The notes: a model not told the origin generated them from the letters alone. A stretch of 64,000 nt of DNA from Sphyrna mokarran (GCA_024679065.1 JAGIQG010000030.1:15624001-15688000); one strand, 5' to 3'; shown: positions 14,975 to 29,710, numbered from the stretch's first letter. A program made the numbers and translations.

Positions 14975-16460
14975 CACCCTATGGTGATAAAGGATGTGAC
15001 AGCAGAAACAGTGAATGCATTAGTTATGATATACTAATGTGATGCCCTTATTTAAGAAAGGAGAGGGGCACAAAATAGGAAACTACAGATTGGTTAGCTT
15101 AACCTTTGTGGTGCTGGAGTCAATCGTTAGAGGTGGTGGTGACTGAGCATCCGGAAAAGCAAAGCTCAATTCACCAATGTCAGCACAACTTTGTGAAGGG
15201 CAAGTCCCGTTTGACAAACCTGCTAGAGTTTTTTCAGAATATAACCAGCAAGGTTGATAACAGGGATCCTGTGGATGTGATCTATCTGGACTTCCAGAAG
15301 GCATTTAACAAGGTGCCACACAAGAGACTGATCCAATTACTTGGGATCTAGAGTAATGGCTTAGACTGGGGATTGGCTGACTGATAGAAAGCAGAGGATT
15401 GGGATAAATGTATCTTTCTCCAATTGGTGACCTGTAACTAATGGAATCCCACAGGGTTTATGTTCTCAGATCACAACTATTTACAATCTCTATCAATGAT
15501 CTACAAGCAGGGACAGAGTGTAACATTAAGAAATTTGCTGAAGACACAAAATTAGGTGGGAAAGCAGGCTGTGATAAGGAGTTAAAAAGTTTATAAGTAA
15601 GGAGATATTAACAGGCTAGGGGAATGGGCCAGAATCTGGCAGATGGAGTTTAATGTGGATGAATGCAAGGTTATTCATTTTGGTCAGGAAAATAAAAAAA
15701 AAAGGCAAATTACTATTTAAATAGGAAACAGATTCAAAAAATGTGCAGAGGCACCTGGGTATCCTTGTGCTTGAGTCTCAGAAAGTGGGTATGCAGGTAC
15801 AAAATGTTATAAGGAAGGCAAATGGAATCTTGGCATTTATTGCGAAAGGTCTAGAGTATAAAAGTAGATTTGTGTTGTTACAACCGTATACGCACATTGG
15901 TGAGACCATCTTGGAGTATTGTGTTCAGTTTTGGACACCTTCTTTGAGGAAGGATGTGGAGGCACTGAAGAGGTTCAGATGAACTTCAGTAGATTGATTC
16001 CGGGTTTGAAGGGGCTGATGTGTGAGGAGTGGTTAGTAGCTTAGTCTTGCACTCACTGGAGTATTGAAGAACAAGGGGGGATTTGATTGAGGTATATAAA
16101 ATACTCAACTGATTGATAAAGTAAATGTTAACCAAATGTTCCTGCTTTCAGAGCAGCTTAGGACAAGAGGTCATAATTGTAGAATAAGCAGGAGGTTTAA
16201 AACAGAGATAAATAGAAGCTACTTCTCACAAAGGATTGAGAATCTATGGAACTCACTGCCCCAGACTGCAGTGGATGCAGAATCAATCAATTAATTCAAG
16301 GAAGAGATAGATAAATATTTGATCAAAAGTAGGATAATGGGCTAAGAGGAAAAGGAGAGAAGTGGAGTTAGGATGAGATGGAGATAAGCCATGATCATAT
16401 AGAATGGCAGAGTGAGCTCAAAAAGCTGAATTGCCTACTCCCGCTCCTGATTCCTATGTT
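14975..16460 (+). mobile_element. Degenerate CR1 LINE (RT region to 3' end)
   Basis: QHNFVKGKSRLTNLLEFF, VDVIYLDFQKAFNKVPHKRL, KANGILAFIAKGLEYKS and LEYCVQFW motifs; tail cctactcccgctcctgattcctatgtt. Confidence 0.9.
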
Positions 16461-16788
16461 GTCTGTTTTAAAAAGAATAACATATAAGTATCTGCACAGG
16501 ACATTAAATGAGTGCAATGGGCTTTTTCTCCCACATTCTCCTGAGTCTCAGACAAAGATACAGAAGTAGCAACAAAACTGGCAGATCAGATCCAATAACT
16601 GATGAACAAAATGCAAGAAAAGGCAATCACTTGTACCCCCTCACCCAATAGCAATCTCCTCAGCATGTAGTAGCCCCTGGTCCCAATTCCCACTGCACCC
16701 ACATGGGAGAGGCACAGAGGCGGATAGGGAGAAAAGAAACAAAGATAGCACTCAGTCAAAGGTTTTGTTCCAATGAATGTAAAACTCA

Positions 16789-17013
<225 letters not shown>

Positions 17014-17227
17014 TTAGACTAGAGCGCTTTACGGAGTTCTTAACCCAGGGCTGTGTAGAACAGGAACCTACATCAGGTGGGAGGGACAGGACACAGAAAG
17101 GAACTCACTTCTAAAGACAACGCTCACATGCCATTGTCAACAAAAAAAACTAAAGGTCTAAAGTCAAATGGGAGGTAAATGCAGTTTCTTTGGCAGCTTC
17201 CTATGTGTCAAAACACAATTAGAGAGA

Positions 17228-18270
17228 AACATAGAAACTAGGCACAGAAATAGGCCCTTTGAGCTTGCTTCATCATTCAATATGACCATGCTGATTCTCT
17301 ATCCCAACACTCTCATTCCATTCTCCCACATGCTCCCAATACCCATGGGCACCTTTACAGTCCAGAAATCCACTTCATTCTTAAATATTTTCAATGACTT
17401 GGTTTTGACAGACTTCTGAGATATAAAATTTGACTGGTTCACCATCCTTAAGTAATGATATAGCTATACTTGAAGACCATGACCTCCGGTTCTAGACCTC
17501 AGCCAGAGGAAACAACATCCCTGCATCCTGCCTGTTCAACCCTGTCAGAATTTTATATATTTCAATGAGATCTGCTCTCAGTCTTATAAATTTCAGTGAT
17601 TCAAAGCCCAATCCATCCAATCTTTTCTCATATGACAATCTTGTCATACCAGAAATCAGTCTGGTGAACCTTCGCTGCACTCCCTCTATGGCAAGTATAT
17701 TCTTTCTTAGATAAGGAGACCTAAACGGCACACAAGGCCCTGTACAACTGCAGCAAGACAACGTTGTTCTTGTACTCAAGTCCTCTTACAACGAAGGCCA
17801 ATATACCATTTGCCTTCCTAACTGTCTGTAGTACCTGCATGTTTGCTTTCAGTGACTGGCATACTATGATACCCAGGTTATTTGTACATCAATATTTCCC
17901 TTAAAATCTCTGAACATCCTCCTGACATTCACATTTCCAAGTTCCGCATCATCAATCTATTTGGAAATATTACATTTGGTGCCCTCATTCAAATTATTGA
18001 TGTACAATGTGAAAAATTGGGGCCCCAAGCATTGATCCCTATGGGACCTCACTTGTCACTGCCTGCTACTCTGAAAAATACCCACTTATTCCTACTGTTT
18101 CCTGTCTGCTAACCAATTCTCAATCTATGCCAATATATTACTCCCAATCCCATGCACTTTAATTTTGTACACCAACCTCTTATGTGGAACTTCCATAAAA
18201 GCTTTCTGAAAATCCAAATACATCACATCCACTGGTTCACCTATATCTCTTCTGTTAGTTACATCCTTCC
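17228..18270 (-). mobile_element. Degenerate CR1 LINE 3' portion
   Basis: Minus-strand ORF 17492-17779 (SPYLRKNILAIEGVQRRFTRLI...LRADLIEIYKILTG) and a CR1 tail at ~17230. Confidence 0.88.
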
Positions 18271-18809
18271 ACTTTGTCTTTCATTTCTTTGTTTCCCTCT
18301 CATGTCTCCTCATTCAGTCAACAGCTAGCAGTAAATGGAGCCATAGCAAAACAAGTGCAAGAGTGTTATAAAAGACAAGGCACAATCTCTAATCTGGAAC
18401 ATTCTGTGATTGGTTGGCATCAGAAGATCACAGGAGATGAAACAACCTTCAGAGTGAGAGAAAATAGAGACAAATTCCAAATTTAATTAGACTGGCTGAG
18501 AGGTGGCAGAAATCGATACAAGTCCCAGTAAGAGGAAGCAAAGTACTAAATAACTACACAACAGCCAGAAATTATCGACAACATTTGTTTAAACAGAAGA
18601 GGAACTACAACATCGATAGACTTAAAATGACAGTCAATACATGCTATAAATCTGACCCTTGATAAAGAAGGAATCAGGTTGATCATTGATACTGACACAG
18701 GGAGGAAAGGAACAACAATTTATCCTCAGAGAATCTGGATTATAGTAAAACATCCAAAAGAGTGATAAAATTCAATAGCACCTTTCAAACCAACATGTCT
18801 ATACCTAGG

Positions 18810-19075
18810 AGAACATGGAAGTACCATCACCTACAAGTTCCCCTCAAAGTCACACACTATACAGACTTGGAACTACAGAATCACTCCTTCACTGTCACGG
18901 AGTCAAAATCCTGAACTTCTTCCCAAATAGCTCCAGGGCTGTATCTAGCTATGAATACACAAGGTGAATTGCAGCAGTTCAAAATGGCAGCAGCTTACCA
19001 TCACTTTCTCAAAGGCAAAGAGATTAATAAAAAAATGCTAGGATTTCCAGCAATATTTACATTCCATTAACAAAG
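18810..19075 (+). mobile_element. 3' tail of the LINE family also found at 34.5-35.9 kb
   Basis: ccttcactgtcacggagtcaaaatcctgaac...gcagttcaaaatggcagc...tcactttctca is similar to 35750-35920. Confidence 0.6.
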
Positions 19076-20249
19076 AAAAATAAGTCATAAGGACAGGTTA
19101 ACAAGTATGGTTGAAACAATAGGTTTTAAACGAGCTTCTTAGAAGGAGCAGAGGCTGGTCGAGATGTTTACGAAGGGAATTCTGGAGTTACACACCTGTC
19201 AATGGTGGAGTAAAGGAACTGGAGGGTTGTAGGGGTTTACATAGAGGATTGAGCCAAGGCCCTAACCTGATGCCCAGGCAAATGCCACCTCAATACTTTA
19301 TCCGGTTATTTATCTCTGCTGTTTCTGTGAAACCATGCTTAAAATTGATTTGAATGGATGATAGAAATGCAACTTCCAATATTCCTGTGCAGAGAAAAGG
19401 GAATGATTCTGGGAGGTGTGCAGCTTGACATGGCTGCAGTTTTGGACAGTAATGTCAGATAACACCAGGTTTAAAATTACAGATAAAATGACAATAATTT
19501 TCCATTGGGACAGGCTGCAATTAAGAGAACACAACTGGCTTTTGTCTTTGGTGAATCATAATTACACCAGAGGCCCTTTGGCCCATCGCATTTGTGCCCA
19601 ACTCCCAACAAGCATCTCAAAGTATGAACACAGGCAATTGCTGATTCACTTCAGACCTGGCATACCTTACCTTTGGGTTTAGGGAGCAGATAACTACTCT
19701 TTCGTAACATGTCACTGGTTTTTTTTTAAACCTTAACTCAGGATTCAAGCAAGGCACTAGAATATAAAAGTAAATCAGAAGGAAACCCAAGGAAGGTTTA
19801 AACACCCAAACACAAAATAGCCATCAGCAAACTGAACAGAATGTTACACTAAACAGGTAAAGCAGAAATGTGCAAGTCTACAGAAGGTACATTCACACTA
19901 CAAACAGGTCAGACCACACAAGTACAGTGTTCAGAAATGATCAAAGACTACAGAAGCAGCCCTGGAAGAGAATCGTGTATGATTGCAAAGGTCAGGTGAG
20001 CATCAAGAAAAAAAGTCTGGAGCAAGTGGGCTTTTCTTCCAGTAAGGTAGATCAGGAACAGTAGGATACCATTTAACTTTTTCAGCAATTTAGTGAGATC
20101 ATGGCTGATCTGCGATCAAATCCTATGTTGCTTAACTATCTTGTTACAATAGATGCAATACAATGACACCTAAACAATTTTTAGCTACACTGAGAAACAA
20201 ATGGACCAAGGAAAGGTGGGAAATTTAGGGATGACCTGGACCATTTCAT

Positions 20250-20565
20250 GGGCAACATGACAGCTCAGTGACTATTGCTGTGCTGTGCAGATACATGGAT
20301 TTGGGCTTGTCTGTGGGAGTTTGCGCATTCTCCCCGTGCTTGTGTGGGTTTTCTCCGGATGCTCCGGTTTCCTCCCACATCCCAAAGATGTGCTCTTAGG
20401 CTAACTGGCAAAACAAATTCTCCCTAAATTGTCTCAAATTTGATTTCAATCCATAGATCTATAAACATAGACAGGGATCACGGGTAGAGGTGGGAACATT
20501 GGGGTGATGGCGCGGGCTCGTTGGGCCGAAGGGCCTGTTTCCCGTGCTGTTTTGTTCTTTGTAAA
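20250..20565 (+). mobile_element. Diverged V-SINE-like SINE
   Basis: Core gggagtttgcgcattctccccgtgcttgtgtgggttttctccggatgctccggtttcctcccaca and CR1-like tail gggccgaagggcctgttt. Confidence 0.75.
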
Positions 20566-21749
20566 AACATGGTAGGGTGTCTGGGTAAAGATCTGACCCC
20601 AGAAACTATTTCAGCAGCAGCAAGATATCATCATGTTTGTGGATGAGAATTTCTCCCTTATATTGATTTTAAGATCACAGAAATCTCCAAAACCCAAGGA
20701 ATAATCAATCAGCATCTGGGATCACTGTCTGTTAGGTGACAGGAATATGGTGGGCTCAGCAGTTGGAGACACAGGATAATAGGTTTAAACAAGACCTTTT
20801 CTTTCTTTCAAATTTATTTTCCACCTTGCAAATAAGAATCAATCGCCAGGCACTACCAGCAATTAAAAACTGGGCAGATCCAACAGGTTAGCTTGTGTTT
20901 TAAAATGTTGCCAATATTATATAGTTGCCAATCTAAGATGTAATTAAGTTAATTTTGTCTGACATTTAAAACCCAACAAGCAAATATTTCAATCCTGCGG
21001 CAGCATAATCAAAGCATGCAGACCATTTCACGTGGTGTCTCATCAAGTTAATCCTTTGTGCAAAATATTCTGAGGAAAGATTAATAGAACATGATTTTTA
21101 CCAAAAGGAGGAAGTTGCTCAGAGCACAGGGAGCTACACTGGACAATGAGTGCCTGTCAGCAGAGCAGGAACAAGTGAACAAAAGATACAGGCTGCAACA
21201 ATCTAATCGTTCAGCAGTTCCTGTAATGCATGATCCCATTGTTCTAAACTTGTCACTGTATAAACGATGGAACCCATTTCCCTGCAGAGTCTGGGACTGC
21301 ATCCAAATTCCCGATAACACTGCTTTTACAGTGAGAAATGGTAAAGTTCCTCTATCCTTCCTGTGCCACTTGCCAATTTGCAGCCTGTTCCTCTAGCTGA
21401 ACCTCAGCTGCAGGATCTGAAAAATCAAACAAATGTCAACTCTATAATAATCAGTTACTGATGGGTCAGCAAAAAGCTGTGTCGGTCTGACTATAGCCAT
21501 GCTTTAGATTCAAAGGCAGCAGTTTGAGAATCACTCTACAATTTCAACACTCTAATCTACTTTAATATCATACAATCCCTACAGTGCAGAAAGAGACCAA
21601 TCGACCCATTGAGTCTGCACTGACTCTCCAAAAGAGCATGCAGCCAGGCCCTCCCCTCCACCCTATCCCTGCACATTCATCATGGCTAATCCCCGCAACC
21701 TATACATCTTGCTACACTTTACCATGGCCACTTGACCTAACTTGCACAT

Positions 21750-24125
21750 CAGGCATACTGGATCTGGTATTGGGGAATGAGCCCAGCCAGGTGGTCGATG
21801 TTTCAGTAGGGGACCAGTTCAGGAAAAGTGACCACAATTCAGTCAGCTTTACAATACTGATGGATAAAGTGTAGTCTTCAAGTTAAGGTGCTAAATTGAG
21901 GGAAAGTTAATTACAACAATATTAGGCAGGCAATGAAGAATGTAGATTGAGGGCAGATGGTTGAGAGCAAATCAACATCTGGCATCTGGGAGGCTTCAAA
22001 TGCAAGCTGATAGGGATTCAGGACTGGCACATTCCTGTAAGGATGAAGGATAAGTATGGCAAGTTTTGGGAATGTTGGATAACAAGCGATATTTTGAACC
22101 TAGTCAAAGAGAAAAAGGAAGCATTTGTCAAAGCTGGGAGGCTGAGAACACACAAAGCGAGTGTGGAATACAAGGAAAGTAGAAAAGGTTAAAAAGCATT
22201 GGCCAGCAAGATTAAGGAAAATCCCAAGCCTTTTTATATGCACATAAAGAGCAAGAGGGTAGCCAGGGAGAAGGTTGGCCCTCTCAAGGGCAAGGAAGGG
22301 AATCTATGCATGGAAACAGAGGGAATGGACAAGGTACTAAATGAATACTTTGCATCGGTATTCACCAAAGAAAAGGGCTTGGCGGATGATGAGTCTGGAA
22401 AAGGGTGTGTAGATAGTTTGAATCATGTTGAGATCAAAAAGGATGTAGTACTGGGGTTGTTGAGAAACATTAAGGCAAGTCCCCAGGTTCTGATGGGATA
22501 TATCTCAGAATATTGAGAGAGACAAGGGAGGAAATTGCTGGAGTCTTGACAGAAATCTTTGTATTCTGACTGGCTTCAGGGGAGGTCCCAGAGGATTGGA
22601 GAATAGCCATTGTTATTCCTTTGTTTAAGATGGGTAGCAAGAATAATCCAAGTAATTACAGCCGGTGAGCCTTACATCAGTGGTGCAGAAATTACTGAGG
22701 AGGATTCTTCGAGACAGGATTTATTCCTACTTAGAAATAAGTGGATGTATTAGTGAGAGGCAACATGATTTTGTGAAGAGGAATTATGTCTCAGAAATTT
22801 GATCAAGTTTTGAGAGGAAGGTGACAAAGATGATTGATGAGAGTAGGGCGGTGGATGTTGTCGACAAGGCCTTTGACAAGATCCTTCATGGCAGCATATT
22901 GCAAAAGGTGAAATCGCATGACATCAGAGGTGAGTTAGCAAGGTGAACGCAGAATTGGCTCGGTCAAAGAAGACGGAGGGTAGCAGTCTTAGGAAGGTCT
23001 AATAAAGATAGGAAATACACAGTAAATGGCAGAACCCTTGAACTATTGATAGCAAAGGGATCTGGATTACAGGTACATTGGTCACAAAGTGGTAATGCAG
23101 GTGGAGAAGATAGTCAAGGATGTGGCACGCTTGCCTTCATCAGCTGGGGCAGAGAGTTTAAAAATTGGCAAGTCATGTTGCCGCTTTATAGATCCTTAGT
23201 TAGATTACACTTGGAATATAGTGTTCAATTCTGATAGTCACACTACCAGAAGGATGTGGCGGCTTTGGAGAGGGTACAGAAAAGATTTATCAGGATGTTG
23301 CCTGGTATGGAGGGCATTAGCTATGAGGAGAGGCTGGCAAAACTTGGTTTGTTCTCACTGGAATGACAGAGGTTGAGGGACAATCTGATAGAAGTCTACA
23401 AGATTATAAGAGGCATGGATAGAGTGGATAGTCAGTAGCTATTTCCCAGGGTAGGAGAGTCAATTATTGGACAGCATAGGTTTAAGATGCAAGGGACAAG
23501 ATTTAAAAGGAGACGTACGAAGCAGTTTTTTTATATATAGAGTGGTGGGTGCTTGGAACTTGCTGCTGGGGGAGGTAATGGAAGCAGATACAGTAGTGGT
23601 TTTGAAGGGACATCTTGACAAATACATGAAATAGGGTGAGAATAAAGGGATATGGTCCCAGGAAGGGCAGAGGGTTTAGTTAAGTTTCCGCATTGGCTGC
23701 ACCAGCTTGATGTTGCAATGTTGCTTTGCATCTAGTTTTCTGCGAATGGACTCAAGATCAGAGATGAGCAGGACGCATTGTTCCAGATTTCTGCTGGTGG
23801 TTTCTTACACCCTCTAACCATATTCAATACATATCATCGTGCCTGGTTCCGACTGATGAATAGTAAAAATATGGAGAATGTAACTTGTCCAGAAATCCTT
23901 CAGAACCCACTTTGAGAAGTTCATTTCAATAAAACAAATAATGGAGTGGACTTTCCCTTTCCACCTGCCCTGGGAATCGTAGCAAGTGAGGGATGGATCA
24001 TGGAAAGGTCCAGTAACCTCGGATGGAATTTTCACGTTTCAGGGCGAGCGCAGCTGGGCAGCATGGTTGGTGCAGGTTTGGAGGGCCAAAGAGCCTGTTC
24101 CTGTAGTGTAATTTTCTTTGTTCTT
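21750..24125 (+). mobile_element. Degenerate CR1 LINE; the 3' tail is split by an inverted duplication at 23687-24057
   Basis: LDLVL...SDHN (APE endonuclease end), KIKENPKPFYMHIKSKR and LYRSLVRLHLEYSVQF. The tail resumes at ~24050 (cagctgggcagcatggttggtgcagg). Confidence 0.88.
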
Positions 24126-25028
24126 TATCTTTACAATGTGGAGGAAATCAGAGCACCTGGAGGAAACCCAAGCAGACACAGAGAGAACATACAGAACCTG
24201 GGGCACTGGCGCTGTGAGGCAGCAATGCTAACTACTATCATCTTGCCACCCACTTGTGCAGGATTCGGAGGGGCAGGGAGCACAGAAAGGTTACAATGTT
24301 GTCCCACCATCCTGTTGGAATGTTAAGACTGTGGGCCTTACAGATATTACACTACAGCCTGAAGAGCAGAGAATTCTGCAAAAGCAACCTGCAGCCAACT
24401 GTAAGATATACCAAAAAATACATTTTTTTAAATGAACAGTTCAGTATTTCCATGTATGGAGCAACAAAACACTTCTGAGAAATTCATTAAATGCACATTT
24501 TATTTACAGAGCTCAGCAACATTCTGCCATTGCACTGACAAGGCTAGATTTGTTACGAGTTGATGCAATCCTCCTGTAATACTTGATCTGCCTCAAGTTC
24601 ACGGGAAGAATCAGAGACTGAGAATTGTGCTCAGTGTTCTAGTTTGCATTACATTGCTTGGGTGGGATTTTCCAGCTGCACGCGCCCTGAAGCCTGAAAA
24701 TCCCATCCGAGATCAATGGACTTTTCCATGGTCCATCCTTTGCCTGTTACAATTCATATGGTGCATGGAATTGGAAAATCCATCCTTTTGTTTTACTCAA
24801 ATGAAATTTTCAAAGTGGGTTCTGAAGGATTCTGGACAACCACTGAACAAGTTACAGTTTCCATATTTTTATTTCTCATCAGTCAGAGTCAGGCACGACG
24901 ATATGTATTGAACTTGGTTAGAGGGTCTTCAGAACAATGCCTCCAACTCATCTCTGACCTTTAGTCCATTTGCAGAAAATTATATGTAAAGCAACATTAC
25001 AACATCAGGCTGGCGCAGCCAATGGGGA
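23687..25028. repeat. Diverged inverted repeat, arms ~23687-24057 and ~24672-25028
   Basis: The arms align in reverse complement over ~360 bp with indels. The ORF track shows MNFSKWVLKD (- strand) versus MKFSKWVLKD (+ strand). Confidence 0.88.
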
Positions 25029-25029
25029 G

Positions 25030-25350
25030 TTTTCCCAAGTGTCGTAATATAATATGCACAGCAGTCAATTTGCACACAGCTAGCTCCCACATAAAAATAT
25101 CATCCAATGGTTTTATTGTAAGTGTTGGCTAAGAAGGAAAAACTCTCCTGTCCTCTACAAATATACAAAAAGATATTTTATATTCACCGAGTGGAGCAGA
25201 CAAGGCCTCAGTTTTTGACACTTCATCTGAAAAGCAGCATTTCCTCAATATTACAGTTCAGCCTAGATTATGCATTCACGTATTTCAAAAGGGACTTAAA
25301 TTCACAAGCTCTGACCAGAGGTAAGAGTGCTGCCTACTGAGCCACAGCTG
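25030..25350 (-). mobile_element. Old Deu-domain-like SINE remnant (SacSINE1/AmnSINE-like)
   Basis: gcagtcaatttgcacacagc...catctgaaaagcagcatt...gagtgctgcctactgagccacagc, similar to the copy at 40545-40975. Confidence 0.5.
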
Positions 25351-25419
25351 CTTACAGCTAAACACAGTACTAAGCAAACGTAAGCAATATCTCCACTATA
25401 AGCAAAATTCCAGGGTTAT

Positions 25420-26235
25420 AGAATCATAGTCACATTATAGCACAAAAAGAGGACATTCCCAAGGACACTCAGGTGCCCTTTTTAATCTCATGTTTTTGCA
25501 CCCTGCCCATAGCCTGGTAGCTTAGAACACTTAAGGTGCAGATCCAGATATTTTAAGAGTTCAGGTTCTCTGCCTCCATCACCAATTCGGGCAGCAAATC
25601 CCAGACAGGCACACATCCTCTACATAAAAAAGTTTCTCTTCATGTACCCACTACACCTGTTGCCACTTATCTTGAATCTGTGTCCCTGGTTGTAGAATTC
25701 TCTGCCAATGGAAACATTTTTATCCTGTCCACTCTCTCTCTCATCCCATCAATTTTGTAAACTTCTATCAAGTTACCCCTCTGCCATGAGGGATCTTGTC
25801 AAACGCCTTACTAAAATCTATTACACAACATGCACTGCACTACCTTCATCAACTCTTCTTGTCACTTCTTCAAAGAATTCAATCAAATTTGAGAGACATG
25901 ACCTAGCTTTAACAAATCCATGCTGACCATCCTCAACCAGCCCATGCCTTTCTATGACAGTTAATGCTATGTTAGGATTGAGTCTAATTTGCCCACTACC
26001 AGTGTATGACTGATTGATCTATAATTATTTGGCATTTTCTTTGATCCCTTTTTAGCCAATTGAACTACATTTGTATTGCTCCAGTCCTCTGGTATCTCTA
26101 CTGTATCTAGTAGAAATTGGAACATCATTCTCAAGTGCATCTGCTATCTTCACCCTGACCTCCTTCAGTAACAATCCATCTAGCCCTGGAAACTTATCAA
26201 CTTTCAAAGAATTCCAACTCTGAGTACTTCCTCTC
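25420..26235 (-). mobile_element. Degenerate CR1 LINE fragment
   Basis: Minus-strand LKVDKFPGLDG motif, gcatggatttgttaaag (QHGF) remnants and a CR1 tail at ~25420. Confidence 0.75.
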
Positions 26236-27439
26236 TCTTTATGATTATCCAATGCAATATCTCAGCACTCCTTGTGGACTACTATATCTGTATATAGTTT
26301 AAAGTCCTTGTTCTCTTTGTGTATGTTTTAAGTTATTCATTTGGGATTCAACAAGAAAAGAAATATCCTTGGAACCACTCAGGTCTTCAAGACTGAAAGA
26401 GGTCAAACCCCCTGTAAATGCCTAATGTAGAGGACTAACTTAAAACAAAGTGTTGGGAAAACTCTCAAGTCTGGCAGCATCTACAGAGTGAGAAAGAGTT
26501 AATGTTGAGTCGAATATGATTCTTCTTCAGAACAGGAGGACAGGATTGTCTGGGTTTGTAAGACGAGAAGCAGACCAAAGCAGGAGAGCCTTTTATAGTT
26601 CAAAGCTTGAAACTCAACAGCATTTTAAATTCAAAAGGATTTGGGATCTTCTCAAATCTCATTTATCTTAGTAAATTGGGATATGTCAGAATTATATAAT
26701 GGAGGAGTCAGCCATTTGTGCCTTTAACAAGCTAATTAGTCCCACTTCTCTACTTATTCCTATAGCCCATTTTCCTTCCGTATTTTGAAATTTTCTACTG
26801 AATGCTTTCAGTGCACTTTCAGGCAGAGCATTCCAGTGTATTCATTGCAACCTCTATTCTTTGAGAACAAAATTACAAGCAGAAAGAGGCTGCCTTTTCC
26901 TCTTCAGCAGAACAGGATTTCAGGTCAGCAAGTTGCTCAGAAATTCAATTACAACGTGGAATGGAAAAGACCACACAGCTACAATAAATAACTTTTCCTC
27001 TTAAGAGAATCAGAGGAAAATGGAAAGATATTTAGTAAAGCGATCAGGAGCAGAAAAATGGCCTCTTTCTGCACCATAACAATTCTGTGAATGAGTGTAG
27101 TGGCAGAATAGTTCAAAGTTTGCACAAATCAGATGGATTACCACTCTCTTTCCTGTACATTCCCAGGCTGGTTTCTGTGTTATAGATGAAATTCCACAGA
27201 GTACAAATAATTTAAAAGTGAGAGCCATAGGATATAGCAGAAAGCAACACGCACATCAAAACCATCAACATCAGGACAGAAGACAACAATCTATTCAGAC
27301 AAAAATGAACAGCAGATGAGTCATTACACTGAACATGGAGCAGTCCGCATTGGTGAAAGTTCTAATTGTTTCACATACCCCATGTCAGCGGCATTTATCC
27401 AACAGAGTCCAGAACAAACTGCTCATCGTATAGAGAGCC

Positions 27440-29710
27440 ATTCTACGTACAATTAGAAGCAAAAGAGGTATCACAGAGACGTGGCTGCAAGGGGATCGGG
27501 GTTGGGATCTAAATATCTAAGGATGTGTGTCCTATCGAAAGGAGAGATAGATGGGCAAAGGGGGAGAGATTGCATTGTTAATAAAAAATGAAATTAAATC
27601 GATAGCAAGAAGTGATACATGATCAGAGGGCATAGAATCTCTGTGGATATAGGTGATGAATCACAAAGGTAAAAAGACCCTAATGGGAATTATGTACAGG
27701 CTTCCTAGCAGTAGTCAGGATGTGAGGCAGAAAATTAATCAGGAGCTATAAAAGACATATAAAAAAGGCAATATTACAATAATCACAGGGGATTTCAATA
27801 TGTAGGTGGACTGAGAAAATCAGGTAGGTAGTGGATCACAAGAAAAGGACTTTATAGAATGTCTAAGAGGTGTTTTTTTTGGAGCAGCTTTTGACAGAGC
27901 TACTAGGGAACAGGCAATTCTGGATTTGGTGATCTGTAATGAGGCAGACTTGTTTAGGGAACTTAAGGTGAAGGAACCCTTACGAAGCAGTGACCACAAT
28001 ATGACAGAATTTACCCTGCAGTTTGAGGGGGAGAAGCTGGAGTCAGATGTAATGGAATTACAATTAAATAAAGGTAACTATGAAGACATGAGAGAGAGCT
28101 GGTCAGAGCTGAATGGAAAGGGACCCTAGCAGGGAAAAAAATGGAACAGCAATGGCAGGAGTTTTTGAAAGTTATTCGGGAGGCACAACAGAAATTCATC
28201 CCAGGGAGGAGGAAACATGCTAAGGAGAGGAAGAAGCATCCGTGGCTGATGAGGGAAGTTAAGAACAGCATAAAAACAAAAGAAAAAGCATACAAAGTGG
28301 CGAGGATTCGTGCAAAGCAAGAGGACAGAGAAGCTTTAAAAGTGAACAGAGAACAACTAAAAAGACAATAAGAGGGAAAAGAAATAAAATATGAATGTAA
28401 GTAGCTAGTAATACAAAAGGAAATAGGAAGACTTTTTTTCTCAATATATAAAAACAAAGAGATAAAAATAGCCATTGGACCACTGGAAAATGAGACTGGA
28501 AAAGGAATAATAGGAAACAAAGAAATAGCAGAGGAACTGAACAATTACTTTGCATCAGGCTTCACGGTGGAAGAGACAAGTGGAATGCCTGAACTCCAGG
28601 AGAGTGGGGGGCATAGGTGAGTGTAGTGGCCATCACTAAGGAGAAGGTTCTAGGGAACCTGAAATGTCTGAAGGTGGATAAATCACCTGGATCAGATAGA
28701 CTGCATCCCCAGGTTCTAAAAGAGATAGCTGAAGAAATTGTGGAAGCATTGGTGATGATCTTTCAGGAATCACAAAGCAGGGAGGGCCTCAGAGGGCTGG
28801 AAAGTAGTTAACGTAACACCACTGTTTAAGAGAGGGAGGCAGCAAACATGAAATTATAGGCCGGTTAGCCTGACTTTGGTCATTGGCAAGATTTTAAAGT
28901 CCATTACTAAAGATGAGATCACGGAATACTTAGAAGTGCAACATAAAGTAGGACTGAGTCAGCACAGCTTTTTCAAGGAGGGGTCATGTGTGACAATTCT
29001 GTTAGAGTTCTTTGAGGATATGACAAGGAAGTTGGATAAAGGAGAACCAGTGGGCCTGAATTATTTAGATTCCCCTAAAGGTCTGCACAGGAAACTGTTA
29101 AGTAAGTTAAGTGCCCATAGTGTTAAGGGTAAGATCCTGGCATGAATAGAGGATTGGCTGACTAGCAAAAGGCAGAGAGAGGGGATAAAGGAGTCTTTCT
29201 CAGGATGGCAGCCGATGACTAGTGGTGTGCCTCAGGGGTCACTGCTGGGACCACAACCTTTCACAATATACATTAACAATTTGGAGGAAGAAACTGAAGG
29301 CACTGTTACTAAGTTTGCAGATGATACAAAGATATGTAGAGGGACAGGTAGTATTGAGGAAGTGGTTGGAGGGTGCTGCAGAAGTACTTGGACAGGTTAG
29401 AAGATTGGCAAAGAAGTGACAGATGAAATATAATGTGGAAAAGTGGGAGGTTATGCACTTTGGAAGGAGGCATAGACTATTTTCTAAAAGGGAAAATGGT
29501 CTGGAAATCAGAAACACAAAAAGACCTGGGAGTCATTGTTCAAGATTCTCTTAAGGTTAACATACAGATTCACTCAGCAGTTAGGAAGCAAATGCAATAT
29601 TAGCATCCATGTCGAGAGGGCTAGAATACAAGAGCTGGGATGTACTTCTGAGGCTGTATAAGACACTGATCAGACCCCATTTGGAGTACTGAGAGCAGTT
29701 TTGGGCCCCT
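27440..29710 (+). mobile_element. Long degenerate CR1 LINE ORF2 (APE endonuclease through RT)
   Basis: acagagacgtgg (TETW), GDFN-like ggggatttcaat, SSDHN, LKVDKSPGSDRLHPQVLKE and [11 protein letters not shown]...KFADDTK, with multiple stops and frameshifts. Confidence 0.93.
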
